From positions 33,819-97,818 of the forward strand of contig JBBRLJ010000020.1 in NCBI GenBank assembly GCA_038231435.1: a stretch of DNA of 64,000 nucleotides. Reading direction: 5' to 3'. Below are positions 1-10,612 of this stretch, piece by piece (within the stretch, counting starts at the first letter, position 1; each line of letters opens with the position of its first letter). The DNA comes from Planctomycetota bacterium (GTDB lineage: Bacteria > Planctomycetota > UBA11346). The position numbers and the translations under genes are program-made. The notes beneath the pieces were generated by a model. That model did no database searches. It was not told the origin of the DNA and saw only the letters and a program-made list of their open reading frames with translations.

Positions 1-14
1 CGCCGGTCGCGGAC

Positions 15-2093
15 ATGGCGCTGATCGACGAGCACCAGTGGGTCGAGGCGGTATCGCGCCGGCGCCAGCGCGTGGAGACCGCGCCCCAGGCGGTGACCGT
101 GCTCGACAGCCGGGATCTGACCGGCACTCCGGCGGTGACGCTGCCCGACCGGCTGCGCTACGTCGCGGGCATCGATGTCTACCAGAGCCGCCATGGGCAG
201 TTCGACATAGGCATGCGCGGCTACGACAACCAGCTCAACAACCGCATCCTGGTGATCGCCGATGGACGCGAGTTCAAGCAGGAGGAGTTCGGTTCGGTGG
301 TGTGGCGCGGCACCATCGCCCTGAGCGACGTCGAGCGCGTCGAGATCATCAAGGGGCCGGCGTCGGTCGGCTACGGCGCGAACGCCTTCGGCGGGGTGAT
401 CGCGCTGCAGGGGCGGCAGCCCGGGCAGCGCCACGAGGCGCACGTGCTCGCCGATCTGGGCTGGCCTCGGCACGAGGAGATCGACGCCACCGCGCTCGGG
501 CCGCTCGGCCCGCTATTCTACTACAAGGTCGGCGCGGGCTGGACGCGCCTGGGGGATCTGCGCGGCGTCGACAGCGGTCTCGCGCACGTCGACGACCCGC
601 ACACCGGCGAGACCGGAGCGGACGACCTGCTCGCCTCGCGCTATGGCGCGACCCTCGGCCTCAGGCTGCCCGTCGAGCACCGCCTCGAGGCGCGCTATGA
701 GGGCCACGACGTGCGCCGATGGGAATTCGTCGACGATCTCGATTCCGGATCCAACGCCACCAGCTTCCGCGACGACGACCTGTCGCTGGCGATCACCGGG
801 CCGGTGCTGCAAGCGCGGCAACTGCACCACCACGCCTACAAGACCTACCAGACGCAGAAGACGCTCTACGTGCCGGCGGAGCAGTTCCGTTACACCCAGG
901 CCGGATTCGTGAACGACGAGGACGACACCCGCGTGCAGCTGAATGCGCCTTCGCTCGGCCCGCACCGCATGTCGATCGGCGGGGAATACGACCGCTGGCG
1001 CTCGCGCTCGAACCTCTGGGGCCGCGCCTCGCGCTACGACGACCGCTCCACGTGGGCGCTGGTCGACACCACCAACCGCGCGGTCTTCGGCGAGGACCAG
1101 CTACGCCTCGATCCCGGGGCACTGGTCACCGCCGGAGTGCGTTACGACCGGCACAGCGAGTTCGGCGGGCACACCTCGCCGCGCATCGCGCTGAACCTCA
1201 CCCCGGACTCCGACCAGTTCGTGCTGCTGTCGTACTCGAGCGGCTACCGGCTGCCGACGCCCATCGAAAGCCACATCAGCGAGTATTACTTCAAGAGCGA
1301 TCCGAACCTGAACGCCGAGACCATCCAGGCGGTCGAGCTCGGCTGGCAGGGCCGCTTCTGGCGCGACGACCTGACCCTGGGCGCGAACGCCTTCTTCAAC
1401 CGCAGCAACCGCCAGATCTGGCTGCAGCCATTGCCCGAGACCGAGATGGCGGCCAACTACAACGCCTGGCTCGCGTCCGGACCCGATTTGTCGCGTCCGC
1501 CCGGGCCATTCTTCGCGTACCGCAACCTCGACAATCCGGCGGACGTCTGGGGCGTGGAGCTCAGCGAGCGCTGGCGGCTGCCGCAGCTACCCCTGACCCT
1601 GTGGTCCAACGGCACCTGGCAGCACTATCGGCACGCCCACGACATCGTCTACCGCAGCGCCGGCTTCGTCGATCCCGTCTCAGGCGGTACGCTGTTCCGC
1701 TTCGACCGTGACTTCGGCAGGGACGTCGACGCGCCGCCGCGTTGGAAGGCCAACGTCGGTCTCACCTACGACGATGGTCGCTGGTTCGGCGGCCTCGCCG
1801 GCCGCTATGTCTCATCGCGCCGCGTGTTCAGCTTCGGCAACAGCTTCTTCAACCTCGGCGATCCGATCGAAGTCCAGAACGTCCCCGCCTACACCGCCGT
1901 CGACGCCACGGTCGGCGTCGCCTTTGGTGGACACGGCGAACACTTCGTGCGCCTGAGCGTGCTCGACCTGTTCGACAGCGGCCACTACGAGTCCTTCCAG
2001 GCCCGGCAGACGACGCTGGTCGCGACGCGCGAACGCGAGTACTCGAGCGAGATCGGGCGCGAGATCACCGTGCAGGGCGGACTGAACTTCTGA
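15..2093 (+). CDS. TonB-dependent outer-membrane receptor (N-terminus probably truncated by window edge)
   Basis: Plug-domain motif 'IIKGPASVGYGANAFGGVIALQ' near the N-terminus, a long beta-barrel-like body, and a C-terminal aromatic residue ('...VQGGLNF'). High GC3 coding frame. Confidence 0.8.
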   Translation: MALIDEHQWVEAVSRRRQRVETAPQAVTVLDSRDLTGTPAVTLPDRLRYVAGIDVYQSRHGQFDIGMRGYDNQLNNRILVIADGREFKQEEFGSVVWRGTIALSDVERVEIIKGPASVGYGANAFGGVIALQGRQPGQRHEAHVLADLGWPRHEEIDATALGPLGPLFYYKVGAGWTRLGDLRGVDSGLAHVDDPHTGETGADDLLASRYGATLGLRLPVEHRLEARYEGHDVRRWEFVDDLDSGSNATSFRDDDLSLAITGPVLQARQLHHHAYKTYQTQKTLYVPAEQFRYTQAGFVNDEDDTRVQLNAPSLGPHRMSIGGEYDRWRSRSNLWGRASRYDDRSTWALVDTTNRAVFGEDQLRLDPGALVTAGVRYDRHSEFGGHTSPRIALNLTPDSDQFVLLSYSSGYRLPTPIESHISEYYFKSDPNLNAETIQAVELGWQGRFWRDDLTLGANAFFNRSNRQIWLQPLPETEMAANYNAWLASGPDLSRPPGPFFAYRNLDNPADVWGVELSERWRLPQLPLTLWSNGTWQHYRHAHDIVYRSAGFVDPVSGGTLFRFDRDFGRDVDAPPRWKANVGLTYDDGRWFGGLAGRYVSSRRVFSFGNSFFNLGDPIEVQNVPAYTAVDATVGVAFGGHGEHFVRLSVLDLFDSGHYESFQARQTTLVATREREYSSEIGREITVQGGLNF

Positions 2094-2141
2094 TGACAGG
2101 GTGCGACCAGGGCTGCTGATCAGGCGACGGATCGGTCGCGG

Positions 2142-4304
2142 TCACCGCCCGGGGAAGACCACGTCGATGGCCAGGCGCATGCCGATGAACGGACGGCTGA
2201 TGTCGGCGGTGAGCGGACTACGTCGCGCGGCGCGGCAGTTGTCCGCGTCGTCCACGTACGAGCCGCCGCGGCACACGCGGTAGATGCCGTGGCGCTGGAC
2301 GGGGTTGCGCAAGGCGATCGCCGGGTAGTCGGCGTAGCAGTCCTCGCACCACTCCCAGACATTGCCCAGGCAATCGTAGAGGCCCCAGGCATTGGGTTTC
2401 TTGCGCTTCACCGGATGGCTGGTGCCAAAGGCGTTGCCCGTGAACCAGCCGAGCGCTCCAAGACTATCGCCGGCATGCGCTCCGGGAGCGCCCGCGCGGC
2501 AGGCGAACTCCCACTCGGATTCGGTGGGCAGCCGCGCCTTCACGCCGGGAATGGCGCGCGACAGGCGCGCGCAGAAATCCGCGCACTCGGTCCACGAGAC
2601 CAGCTCCACCGGAAGATCGTCGCCGACGAAGCGCGACTTGTGCCGCCCGCGCACCGCCGAGGACAGCTTGTCCATGATGCCGCCCTGCGTCTTCACCGCG
2701 TTCCACAGCGCCTGCGTCACCGGGGTGTCGGCGATCCATACCGGATGCGAGAACGACACCTCGTGCGGGGTCTCGTCAGCGCGGCGCCCGGGCTCGTCGG
2801 GCGGGCTGCCCATGGTGAACGCGCCAGGGCGGATGAAGCGCAGGCGCTGGGTCACGCCGCCGATGACCAGGTCCACCCACGGACCGCCGTTGTCCAGCGC
2901 GTCGATGCCCCAGGCCGCCGACCAGTCCGGGATCCACGACGGACGCTCGGCTGGCGCCTCGACCGGCGTGATGCCGCTGTCCGAGGATGGCGCGGCCACG
3001 CCCACCCGTTGATCGCTCTTGCCGAGGCGGCGCACCCTGCCGCCACCCTCGGGGCCGAGTCCGCCGCCGTCGGGAGCGAGATCGTCGCGCCGATCGGCGC
3101 CGCCGAAGGAGGATCCCGCCGACCCCGCGCTGTCGAGATCCAGGACCGGCCGCTGCTCGGCGGGCGGCTGGTCCTCGCCTCCGACCGGGGCGAAGCTGGG
3201 CTGCACGAGCCACCGGTCGGTCGCGGCATCGGCGTCCACCGCGGCCGGAGGAGCCGCCATGGCGGTCCGCGCCTCGAGCGAGACGCCGATCGCCCGCGCC
3301 GCTTCCTCGATCAGGCGCCGCAGGTCCGCCGGCGTGCGCGGGCGCTCGTCACGCTCCTTGGCCATGCACCTACGCGTCACCTCGGCGACCTCGGCCGGGA
3401 TCCCGGGGACGATCACGCGTGGATCGGGCGGAGGGTCCTTCAGGACCTTGGCGATGACCGCGAATGAGTTCTTCCCGCCGAACGGGGGCTGGCCGGTGAG
3501 CAGCGCGAAGAGCGTGGCGCCGAGGGCGTAGATGTCGGTGCGGATGTCGAGATCCTCGTCGCCGCGCGCCTGCTCGGGCGACATGAACGCTGGCGTGCCG
3601 ATCGGTCTGCCATCGGCGGCCGCTGCCTCCTCGGCGTGCGCCTCGGCCAGGCACGCGAGCCCGAGATCGCCGAGTTTGGCCGCGCCGTCGTGGTCGAGGA
3701 ATATGTTGCCCGGCTTGATGTCGCGGTGGATGAGTCCGGCGCGCGCGACCGCTTCGAGACCCGAGGCGCAATCGCGGATAATGCGCAGCGCCTCGTCGAC
3801 CGGCACGCGCCCATCGCGCGCGCGCAGCAGGCGCACCAGATCGCCGCCGTGCATCAGCTCCATCGCCAGGTACAGCTTGCCCTTGTCGTTGCCGGCATCG
3901 AAGCAGATGAGCACGTGCGGATGGTGGATCGAGGCCATCGAGCGGGCCTCGGCCAGGAAGCGGTCGATCCATTCCTGGCGCCGTGCCAAGCGTCCCGCCA
4001 TCACCTTGAGCGCCACCTCGCGTTGCAGCGACAGCTGCACCGCCTTGAACACCGAGCCCATGCCGCCGTGGCCGAGTTTGGAGAGGATGCGGTAGTTGCC
4101 GATCACCTTGGGCATCTGGCTGCGCGTGACCTCATCGCCGAGCACGTGCACCAGATGGCGGGTGAGGTAGCCCTTCTTCACCAGCCACGAGCCCGCCTCG
4201 CCATCGGCCTTGGCCTTGGCCAAGGCCTCTTCGGCGATCTCGGGAGGGACCATGCCCTTGGCCACCGCGGCCTTCACGAACAGCTGATCGAACTCGGTGG
4301 CCAT
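2142..4304 (-). CDS. Ser/Thr protein kinase fused to a C-terminal FGE-sulfatase (SUMF1-like) domain; no TM segment between the domains
   Basis: Hanks kinase motifs in the N-terminal half (GxGxxG 'LGHGGMGSV', VALK, HRDIKPGN, DLGLA, APE-like 'SPEQ'). The C-terminal half carries FGE hallmarks ('RFIRPGAFTMGSP', 'GLYDCLGNVWEWCED', 'RVCRGGSY'). The catalytic C-x4-C pair of true FGEs is absent. Confidence 0.85.
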   Translation of the reverse strand: MATEFDQLFVKAAVAKGMVPPEIAEEALAKAKADGEAGSWLVKKGYLTRHLVHVLGDEVTRSQMPKVIGNYRILSKLGHGGMGSVFKAVQLSLQREVALKVMAGRLARRQEWIDRFLAEARSMASIHHPHVLICFDAGNDKGKLYLAMELMHGGDLVRLLRARDGRVPVDEALRIIRDCASGLEAVARAGLIHRDIKPGNIFLDHDGAAKLGDLGLACLAEAHAEEAAAADGRPIGTPAFMSPEQARGDEDLDIRTDIYALGATLFALLTGQPPFGGKNSFAVIAKVLKDPPPDPRVIVPGIPAEVAEVTRRCMAKERDERPRTPADLRRLIEEAARAIGVSLEARTAMAAPPAAVDADAATDRWLVQPSFAPVGGEDQPPAEQRPVLDLDSAGSAGSSFGGADRRDDLAPDGGGLGPEGGGRVRRLGKSDQRVGVAAPSSDSGITPVEAPAERPSWIPDWSAAWGIDALDNGGPWVDLVIGGVTQRLRFIRPGAFTMGSPPDEPGRRADETPHEVSFSHPVWIADTPVTQALWNAVKTQGGIMDKLSSAVRGRHKSRFVGDDLPVELVSWTECADFCARLSRAIPGVKARLPTESEWEFACRAGAPGAHAGDSLGALGWFTGNAFGTSHPVKRKKPNAWGLYDCLGNVWEWCEDCYADYPAIALRNPVQRHGIYRVCRGGSYVDDADNCRAARRSPLTADISRPFIGMRLAIDVVFPGR

Positions 4305-4454
4305 CGCCGTGCAGCATCGCTCATCATGCTGGGGCGCAACTCGCAGCCCCGACCGGCTGTATCAAGCAGGCTCGTGGCCGCCGGGCAGAGCCGCCAGGAC
4401 TCGGGCTCGCCGTCGGGGCCGCGGTCGCGACGATGAGGCAGCCGAGGAGGATGC

Positions 4455-5258
4455 ATGGCGACCACGCGCATCACCGCCGGACAGGCGCGCAAGAGCACCC
4501 AACTCGAGGACTTCGCCGACACCACGGTGCACGCGGACGACCGCGTCGCGGGAGGCAAGGCCAAGGCCATGCTGATGTTCCGCCAGCGCGAGAACGGCAT
4601 CTGGTACGCCCTGGGCGCCACGCGGGACACCCGGCTGGTGCGAGTCCCCATGCGCCGGTTGCACGGTTTCGACCGCTCGCTCGCGGGCCTCGCCGGCATG
4701 CCGCGCGGCAAAGGCGCGAGCAGGGCCCAGCCCGAGGCCTCGTGGTCCCCCTGCCCGGCTCCGCCCTCGAGCGAGCAGGATGCCCTCCTCTACCTGGTCG
4801 ACATCCTGCGTCGACGCATCGCACGCTGGGCCGACGTGGCGGCGGCGATGCTGCTCTTTCCTGGCTTGGCCTGCGCCATCGGCGCCGGTTACCTGCTGAT
4901 GCTGGGCCAGGCCGCTACCGCCGGCGCATCGACGACCTGGGCCGTGCCGCTGGGCGCGGCGGGAGCCTGGCTGTTCGTCTCCGGCGTGGCGACCGGCGCG
5001 AGCAAGCGTGCGGTGTGGGCGATGCTCGGCGCGCTCGGCTTGGCGGCCTGCGCCGCGATTCCGTTCATCCATCCCGGTTACGATCTCGGACCATGGCGGC
5101 CAGCCCTGGTCGCGCCCGCGGCTCTCGCGCTGCTGACTGGATGGCGCTCCGTCCGCATCGCCATGGACACGAGCGCACTGCGCCGCTGGCTCGAGCTCGA
5201 GCCGGCGCACGCCACCGGGGACCAGCCCGGGCCCGAGGTGCCTAGCGCTTCGACGTGA
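4455..5258 (+). CDS. hypothetical membrane protein
   Basis: ORF preceded by GAGGAGG 6 nt upstream of the ATG. Several hydrophobic helices (e.g. '[18 protein letters not shown]'). The opposite-strand ORF is Arg-rich junk. Confidence 0.45.
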   Translation: MATTRITAGQARKSTQLEDFADTTVHADDRVAGGKAKAMLMFRQRENGIWYALGATRDTRLVRVPMRRLHGFDRSLAGLAGMPRGKGASRAQPEASWSPCPAPPSSEQDALLYLVDILRRRIARWADVAAAMLLFPGLACAIGAGYLLMLGQAATAGASTTWAVPLGAAGAWLFVSGVATGASKRAVWAMLGALGLAACAAIPFIHPGYDLGPWRPALVAPAALALLTGWRSVRIAMDTSALRRWLELEPAHATGDQPGPEVPSAST

Positions 5259-8055
5259 GCGGCGAGCGCTTGCCTGGCGCTGCCTTCTTGCCTGGAGCCT
5301 TGCCTTCGCCCTGTTTGACCGGGCTCGGCTTGTCCTGGCCCTTCTTGGATCGCGCCGGCTTCGCGTCGTCCTCGCCGGCCTTCTCGACCCATGTGCCATT
5401 CACCAGGAAGGATGACCAGCCGGTGGGCTCGATGCGTTTCTTGATCTCGTCATCGATCTTCTTGTCCACCGTCTCGCTGCCGAGGTAGTGTTCCTTGGTC
5501 TTGCGGCTGAAGCGGATGATCGTCGGGTTGCCGTCGCTATCGGCCTGCGGCGCATCAGCGAGGTAGTGGTATTTCGGATCGAGCGCGTCCTTGTGCTTGG
5601 CCAGGTCGGCCACCTGCGGCGGCCGGGTCTCGCGAGACTTCGGGTAGGCGCTCGACGCCAGGAACAGCCCGGCGGCGCCGCTGCGCAGCACGAAGTAGCC
5701 GTCAGACTTGGTGCACTTCAGATCCTTCATGTGGATCGGGTCGATCTTCGGTGGCGCGGCCTCGCCGTTGCGCATCAGCTTGCGGGTGTTCTTGCAGTCT
5801 GGGTACTTGGTGCAGGCGAAGTACTTGCCGAAGCGCCCCGTGCGCAGCTGCATCTTGGCGCCGCACTTGTCGCAATCGATCTCGGGGCCTTCATAGCCCT
5901 TGATCTTGAACTGGCCCATTTCGATGAGCGTGCCGGCGCAGTCGGGATTGTTGCCGCAGATATGCAGCTTCCGGCGCTCGTCGACCAGGTAGGCGTCCAT
6001 CGCGGTGGAGCACACCGGGCAGCGTTTCTTGGTCAGCAGGATGTTGGCGTCGCCGTCGTTGGATTCGTCGTCGCCGCTGTTGGTTTCAGGCGCGATGGTC
6101 TGCACCTCGTCGCCGGGGACCAGGTTGACGGTGCCACTGCACTTCTCGGCCTTCGGCAGGTTGTAGCCGGTGCAGCCGAGGAACACGCCGGTGCGGCCGG
6201 TGCGGATCGCCATCTTGCGGCCGCATTTCGGGCAATCGATGTCGGTGGGCACCGGATCGTTCGGGCGCATGACCTTGCCGGCGGCGTCGAGCTTGAAGGT
6301 GAAGTCCTTGTAGAAGGCGTCGAGAACGCCCTTCCATTCGGACTTGGCCTCGGCGATCTCGTCGAGGTCCTCCTCCATGCCGGCGGTGAAGCTGTAATCC
6401 ATCAGGTCCGGGAAGGCCTCGACCAGACGGCCGGTGACGATGTCGCCGAGCTTCTCGGCGTAGAAGCGGCGATTCACCAGCTTGACGTAGCCGCGCTCCT
6501 GGATGGTCGAGGTGATGGCTGCGTAGGTCGACGGGCGGCCGATGCCGCGCTTCTCCATCTCCTTCACCAATCCCGCCTCGCTGTAGCGCGGTGGCGGCTT
6601 GGTGAAGTGCTGGGTGGGATCGAGCTTCAGCAGCGCCAGCTTCTGGCCGACCGCGAGCGCGGGCAGCGTGACGTCCTCCTGCTTGGCCGGAGGCTGCACC
6701 TTCATGAAGCCGTCGAAGCGCAGCACGCGGCCGCGCGCCGAGAGCTCGTATTCGGCGGCGGCGATGGTGATCGCGGTGGTGTCGTATTCCGCCGGCGGCA
6801 TCTGGCAGGCAACGAACTGGCGCCAGATCAGGTCGTACAGCCGGCGCTCGTCCTGGTCCGCTGACAGCTCGCCGGCGGATACGCTCACGTCGGTAGGCCG
6901 GATGGCCTCGTGGGCTTCCTGCGCGCCGGCCTTCGAATGATAGGTGTTCGGCTTCTCGGGCACGTACTTCGCGCCGAAACGCTCGCCGATCAGCGCGCGG
7001 CATCCGCTCACCGCGTCGGCGCTGAGGTTCACCGAATCGGTGCGCATGTAGGTGATCGAGCCGGCCTCGTAGAGGCGCTGAGCCAGGGTCATGGTCTTCT
7101 TGACCGAGAAGCCCAGGCGCAGCGACGCTGCCTGCTGCAGCGTCGAGGTGATGTACGGCGCGGTGGGATTCGCGCGTTGCGGCCTGTCGTCGCGGGCTGA
7201 GACCGTGTAGACGGCCTTCTCGAGCGCGGCGACGGCGGCGTGCGTCTGATCGCCGGTGACGGGCTTGAAGGGCGCGTCCTTGAAGCGCACGACCTCGGCG
7301 CGGATCGGACCGACGTCTTTCAACTTTGCGTCCAGATCCGCGTGCAGTTGCCAGTACTCGTCAGGCTTGAAGGCGCGGATCTCGTGCTCGCGCTCGACGA
7401 TCAGTCTGGTCGCGACCGACTGCACGCGCCCGGCGGAGAGCCCGCGCGCGATCTTCGCCCAGAGCAGCGGCGAGACCATGAAGCCGACGACGCGATCGAG
7501 GAAGCGGCGCGCCTGCTGGGCGTGCACGCGGTCCATGTTGATCTTGCCGGGGCTGTTGAAAGCGGCCTGGATGGCAGTCTTGGTGATCTCGGAGAACACC
7601 ACGCGCTTGTACTTGGCGTGGTCTCCGCCGATCGCCTCGCGCAGGTGCCAGGCGATGGCCTCCCCCTCGCGGTCCAAGTCGCTTGCCAGGTAGATGGCGT
7701 CGGCGTCGGCGGCGTACTCCTTCAGTTCGCGCAGCACCTTCTCCTTGCCGGGCAGGACCTGGTACTCGGCCTTCCAGCCGCGGTCGGGATCCACGCCCAT
7801 GCGCCGCACCAGGTTCGACTTGGCGCGAGCCATGCGCCCCGATTCGGTGGGGCGGAACTTCTTCGGCTTCTTCTTCACCTTCTCGGCGGCGTCGCCCTCG
7901 CCATCGGCCTCGGCGGCCGCCGCGGTCTCGCCAGCGCCCTTGGGCAGGTCGCGGATGTGGCCGAAGCTCGACTTCACCACGAAATCGCGGCCCAGGTATT
8001 TGTTGATCGTCTTGGCCTTGGCGGGCGATTCGACGATGACCAATGAACGTCCCAT
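5242..8055 (-). CDS. topA: DNA topoisomerase I with three C4 zinc ribbons and a long Lys/Ala/Pro-rich C-terminal tail
   Basis: N-terminus '[38 protein letters not shown]' (Toprim). Start set at the internal ATG at 8055; the ORF tool's longer 8283 start would overlap the divergent gene. Three CxxC...CxxC ribbons and a KR-rich tail are present. Confidence 0.9.
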   Translation of the reverse strand: MGRSLVIVESPAKAKTINKYLGRDFVVKSSFGHIRDLPKGAGETAAAAEADGEGDAAEKVKKKPKKFRPTESGRMARAKSNLVRRMGVDPDRGWKAEYQVLPGKEKVLRELKEYAADADAIYLASDLDREGEAIAWHLREAIGGDHAKYKRVVFSEITKTAIQAAFNSPGKINMDRVHAQQARRFLDRVVGFMVSPLLWAKIARGLSAGRVQSVATRLIVEREHEIRAFKPDEYWQLHADLDAKLKDVGPIRAEVVRFKDAPFKPVTGDQTHAAVAALEKAVYTVSARDDRPQRANPTAPYITSTLQQAASLRLGFSVKKTMTLAQRLYEAGSITYMRTDSVNLSADAVSGCRALIGERFGAKYVPEKPNTYHSKAGAQEAHEAIRPTDVSVSAGELSADQDERRLYDLIWRQFVACQMPPAEYDTTAITIAAAEYELSARGRVLRFDGFMKVQPPAKQEDVTLPALAVGQKLALLKLDPTQHFTKPPPRYSEAGLVKEMEKRGIGRPSTYAAITSTIQERGYVKLVNRRFYAEKLGDIVTGRLVEAFPDLMDYSFTAGMEEDLDEIAEAKSEWKGVLDAFYKDFTFKLDAAGKVMRPNDPVPTDIDCPKCGRKMAIRTGRTGVFLGCTGYNLPKAEKCSGTVNLVPGDEVQTIAPETNSGDDESNDGDANILLTKKRCPVCSTAMDAYLVDERRKLHICGNNPDCAGTLIEMGQFKIKGYEGPEIDCDKCGAKMQLRTGRFGKYFACTKYPDCKNTRKLMRNGEAAPPKIDPIHMKDLKCTKSDGYFVLRSGAAGLFLASSAYPKSRETRPPQVADLAKHKDALDPKYHYLADAPQADSDGNPTIIRFSRKTKEHYLGSETVDKKIDDEIKKRIEPTGWSSFLVNGTWVEKAGEDDAKPARSKKGQDKPSPVKQGEGKAPGKKAAPGKRSPLTSKR

Positions 8056-8264
8056 GCGCTCCTTGCGTGCTCTGTATGGCGGTTCTGGCTGCGAACGGCC
8101 TTGAGCGGGCGGTGTGTATATGGACACGGACGCGCATCGGTCAAGGGTCCGACTTTCCAGGACGGGTCTGCCGCGACCACGGCAATCGTGGTGTAACTGC
8201 TGATGGACTCGGGCTATTACGGCGGGGTCTTGGCATCCTGGTGGAAGCTCCACAGTCGGGGCGG

Positions 8265-9491
8265 ATGAGCGACTACCCCGCATTGATCGACGCGGCCCTG
8301 CGTCCGGAGCTCGCTGCGCTCGCCGTGGTCGACCTCGAGGCGGCGCGGCGGCGAGTGCGCGCCATGCAGGACGATCGCCAGGCGTTCATTCGCGGCAGCC
8401 TGGGACTCGGCGCCCAGTGGCTGGTGCGCAAGGTCGGGGGCACCGGAACCTGGGTCTGGTCGCCAGGTGACGCCGGCCATGGCTCCTTCGCCACCCAGGC
8501 GGTCGGCCGGCCAGATCAGGACGGGATCGTGCCAGTGACTTTCGACCTCAGCGATGTCGAGGACGAGCACCCGGCGCCATGGCGCTGGGACTTCGTCCGC
8601 CTCTTCGCCAGCCTGGTGCTGTCCAAGCCAGAGCAGAAGGGTTCGGAGTTCTCAGCGCTGGTCACGGCCAGCCTCGATGGCTACGCCGAGGCCATGGCAG
8701 GCGAGGGCGAAGGCGGGGGCGATGCCCGGCCCGACCCGGCAACGCTGCCGGCCGCGGTGCTCGCGCTGATCGACGAGGATGCGGGCGGGGCGGAGGATGC
8801 GCACGCGGCCCATCTGGCGAGTCGCATCCAGAACGATGACGACGATGCGCGCTTGCGGCTCGGGCCCGAGCAGCTGAAGGACCTGTCCGCGCGCGCCTTC
8901 TTCCTGCCGGCATTGTCCACAGCCTACAGCGACGACCAGCGCATCCAGGCGATCGACGTGGTGCGCAGATCGCCAGCGGCTTCCTCACCGCTCGCGCGGC
9001 GCCAATGGCTCGCACTCGCGCGTGAACGCGTCGGCCCGCGTGGCACCCGCCTGCGCCTGCTCGAGATCAGCGAGCGACCGCCGAGCGCACTGTCGCGATG
9101 CCTGGTGATGACACCCTTCATGCCCAGCGCGGGGCCTGCTCTCCGGCTGACGGTGCCGGTCGGAGGCGATCCCTACCAGCGGGTCCTCCACGGTCCGGCC
9201 ACGTCGTACCTGGTCCGCTCGCTCAGCCACGCGCGCGGGCAGCTGGCGATCGCAACCCTGCCAACGGACGATCTGGCGCGACTGAGCCGGTTGTGGGGAT
9301 GGCTGCTGGCGGCGTTCCACGTGCGCGGCCTGCGCGCGCTGCGCGCGGACGTTCCCGAGCGCGCGCGCCTGCTCGCGGCCGAGGCCGGCGCGGCCCGCAA
9401 GGACATCGCGCGCGCGGCGTGGGAACACGCGGCCTTCCTCGAGAAGGCCCACGCGTGTTTCCGGAAGATGGCCCAGGAGTGGGAATCGTGA
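8265..9491 (+). CDS. DUF2252-like hypothetical protein
   Basis: Motif '[26 protein letters not shown]' resembles the DUF2252 signature (FDxNDFDE...WExDxKRLaaS). Start chosen at the ATG at 8265, which leaves a 210-bp divergent promoter region shared with topA. Confidence 0.5.
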   Translation: MSDYPALIDAALRPELAALAVVDLEAARRRVRAMQDDRQAFIRGSLGLGAQWLVRKVGGTGTWVWSPGDAGHGSFATQAVGRPDQDGIVPVTFDLSDVEDEHPAPWRWDFVRLFASLVLSKPEQKGSEFSALVTASLDGYAEAMAGEGEGGGDARPDPATLPAAVLALIDEDAGGAEDAHAAHLASRIQNDDDDARLRLGPEQLKDLSARAFFLPALSTAYSDDQRIQAIDVVRRSPAASSPLARRQWLALARERVGPRGTRLRLLEISERPPSALSRCLVMTPFMPSAGPALRLTVPVGGDPYQRVLHGPATSYLVRSLSHARGQLAIATLPTDDLARLSRLWGWLLAAFHVRGLRALRADVPERARLLAAEAGAARKDIARAAWEHAAFLEKAHACFRKMAQEWES

Positions 9492-9553
9492 GTACGATGG
9501 CCCCGCGCAACGCCCACCACAGCCTCCGTGCCGCCGATACCCATGGAGCTCCC

Positions 9554-10528
9554 ATGCGCCAGATCCTGATCCCGCTCGCCTGCATCGCCTGGTTCGCCGC
9601 TGGCGCTTGTGGCCGGCTGCAAGCCGAGGTCCCGCTCGAGCGCGTGCAGTGGAGCGCCGAATTCGGCGTGCCCACCGCCGGCTGCCTGGCGGGCCGGGCC
9701 GAGTACATCCTGCTCTTCGACCGCAGCGACCCGGACGCCGGCAAGGCGTTCGATCGGCTCTCGTGGTACATGCACCAGGAGTACAAGGACGACACCGCAT
9801 TCGCCGCGCTCGCCATCGGCGTGGGCCCGGCCTACGGCTCGCCCGCCGACGGCAAGATCGAGCGCTTCGCGCGCGGCGCCGACGACGGTGGCCTGCTGCG
9901 CGCCTTCGCCGGCGACAAGCCGTGCGTGATGCTGGTCTTCTCGCCCGACGGCCGCCTCACCGACATGCGACATGCCAGCCAGGTCGACGATCTCTGGCTG
10001 CATTCACTACGCGCGCTCGCCAAGGATGCCACTCCGCTCCTGGACGAGGGCTGGGTCCAAGCGGCGCTACGGCCCGCGCTGCCCTGGTACCTGGCGGGAG
10101 ACCTGAAGCGTTTCCTCTCTGCCGCCGGCAAGCTCAAGGGCACCGAGTCGCTCGGACCGAAGCTGGGGCAGCGTTCGCTCGAGATCGCCCAGGCGGACGC
10201 CAAGACCGTCTCCGAGGTCGCCACCGCCGCGCCGGTGCGCCTGCTCGCGCTGCAGCGACTACAGGCGTTGGCGACCGACTTCCCGAACGTCGCTGGCGAA
10301 GCCCAGAAGGCCGGCAAGGCGGTCAAGGACGACGCCCAGATGAAGACCGAGCAAGCGGCGTGGGCGGGTTTCCTGGACTACCTCGCGGCGATGAAGCGCG
10401 AGCACGGCAAGAAGTCCGGCGAGGCCCAGAAGGCCCTGCTCATCGGGCTGATCGGGAAATTTCCCGGGACCTACGCCGCCGAGGTCGCGGCCAAGATCGC
10501 CGCGTTCGCCAAGATCGAATTGAAATGA
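9554..10528 (+). CDS. secreted hypothetical protein (signal peptide)
   Basis: 'MRQILIPLACIAWFAAGACG' is signal-peptide-like. GGAG lies 6 nt upstream of the ATG at 9554. An alternative ATG exists at 9497. Confidence 0.5.
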   Translation: MRQILIPLACIAWFAAGACGRLQAEVPLERVQWSAEFGVPTAGCLAGRAEYILLFDRSDPDAGKAFDRLSWYMHQEYKDDTAFAALAIGVGPAYGSPADGKIERFARGADDGGLLRAFAGDKPCVMLVFSPDGRLTDMRHASQVDDLWLHSLRALAKDATPLLDEGWVQAALRPALPWYLAGDLKRFLSAAGKLKGTESLGPKLGQRSLEIAQADAKTVSEVATAAPVRLLALQRLQALATDFPNVAGEAQKAGKAVKDDAQMKTEQAAWAGFLDYLAAMKREHGKKSGEAQKALLIGLIGKFPGTYAAEVAAKIAAFAKIELK

Positions 10529-10612
10529 CGATATTGCACTCTCGATCGAAAGTCGGCCGGGGGACGGCCGTCCTTCGGCCGAGAGCCGGATGAGATCCGG
10601 CGGCGGCCGCGC

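Noticed and set aside
38-1122. several 100-330-aa ORFs in alternative frames across the TonB receptor gene (38..700, 719..1711, 793..1122)
   Set aside because: All are Arg/Ala/Pro-rich alternative-frame artefacts of a high-GC coding region.
8043-8264. longer start for the 8265 gene at the ATG at 8043
   Set aside because: It would overlap the topA start codon region on the opposite strand and add a Cys/Arg-rich non-protein-like leader. It would also leave no promoter region for either divergent gene.
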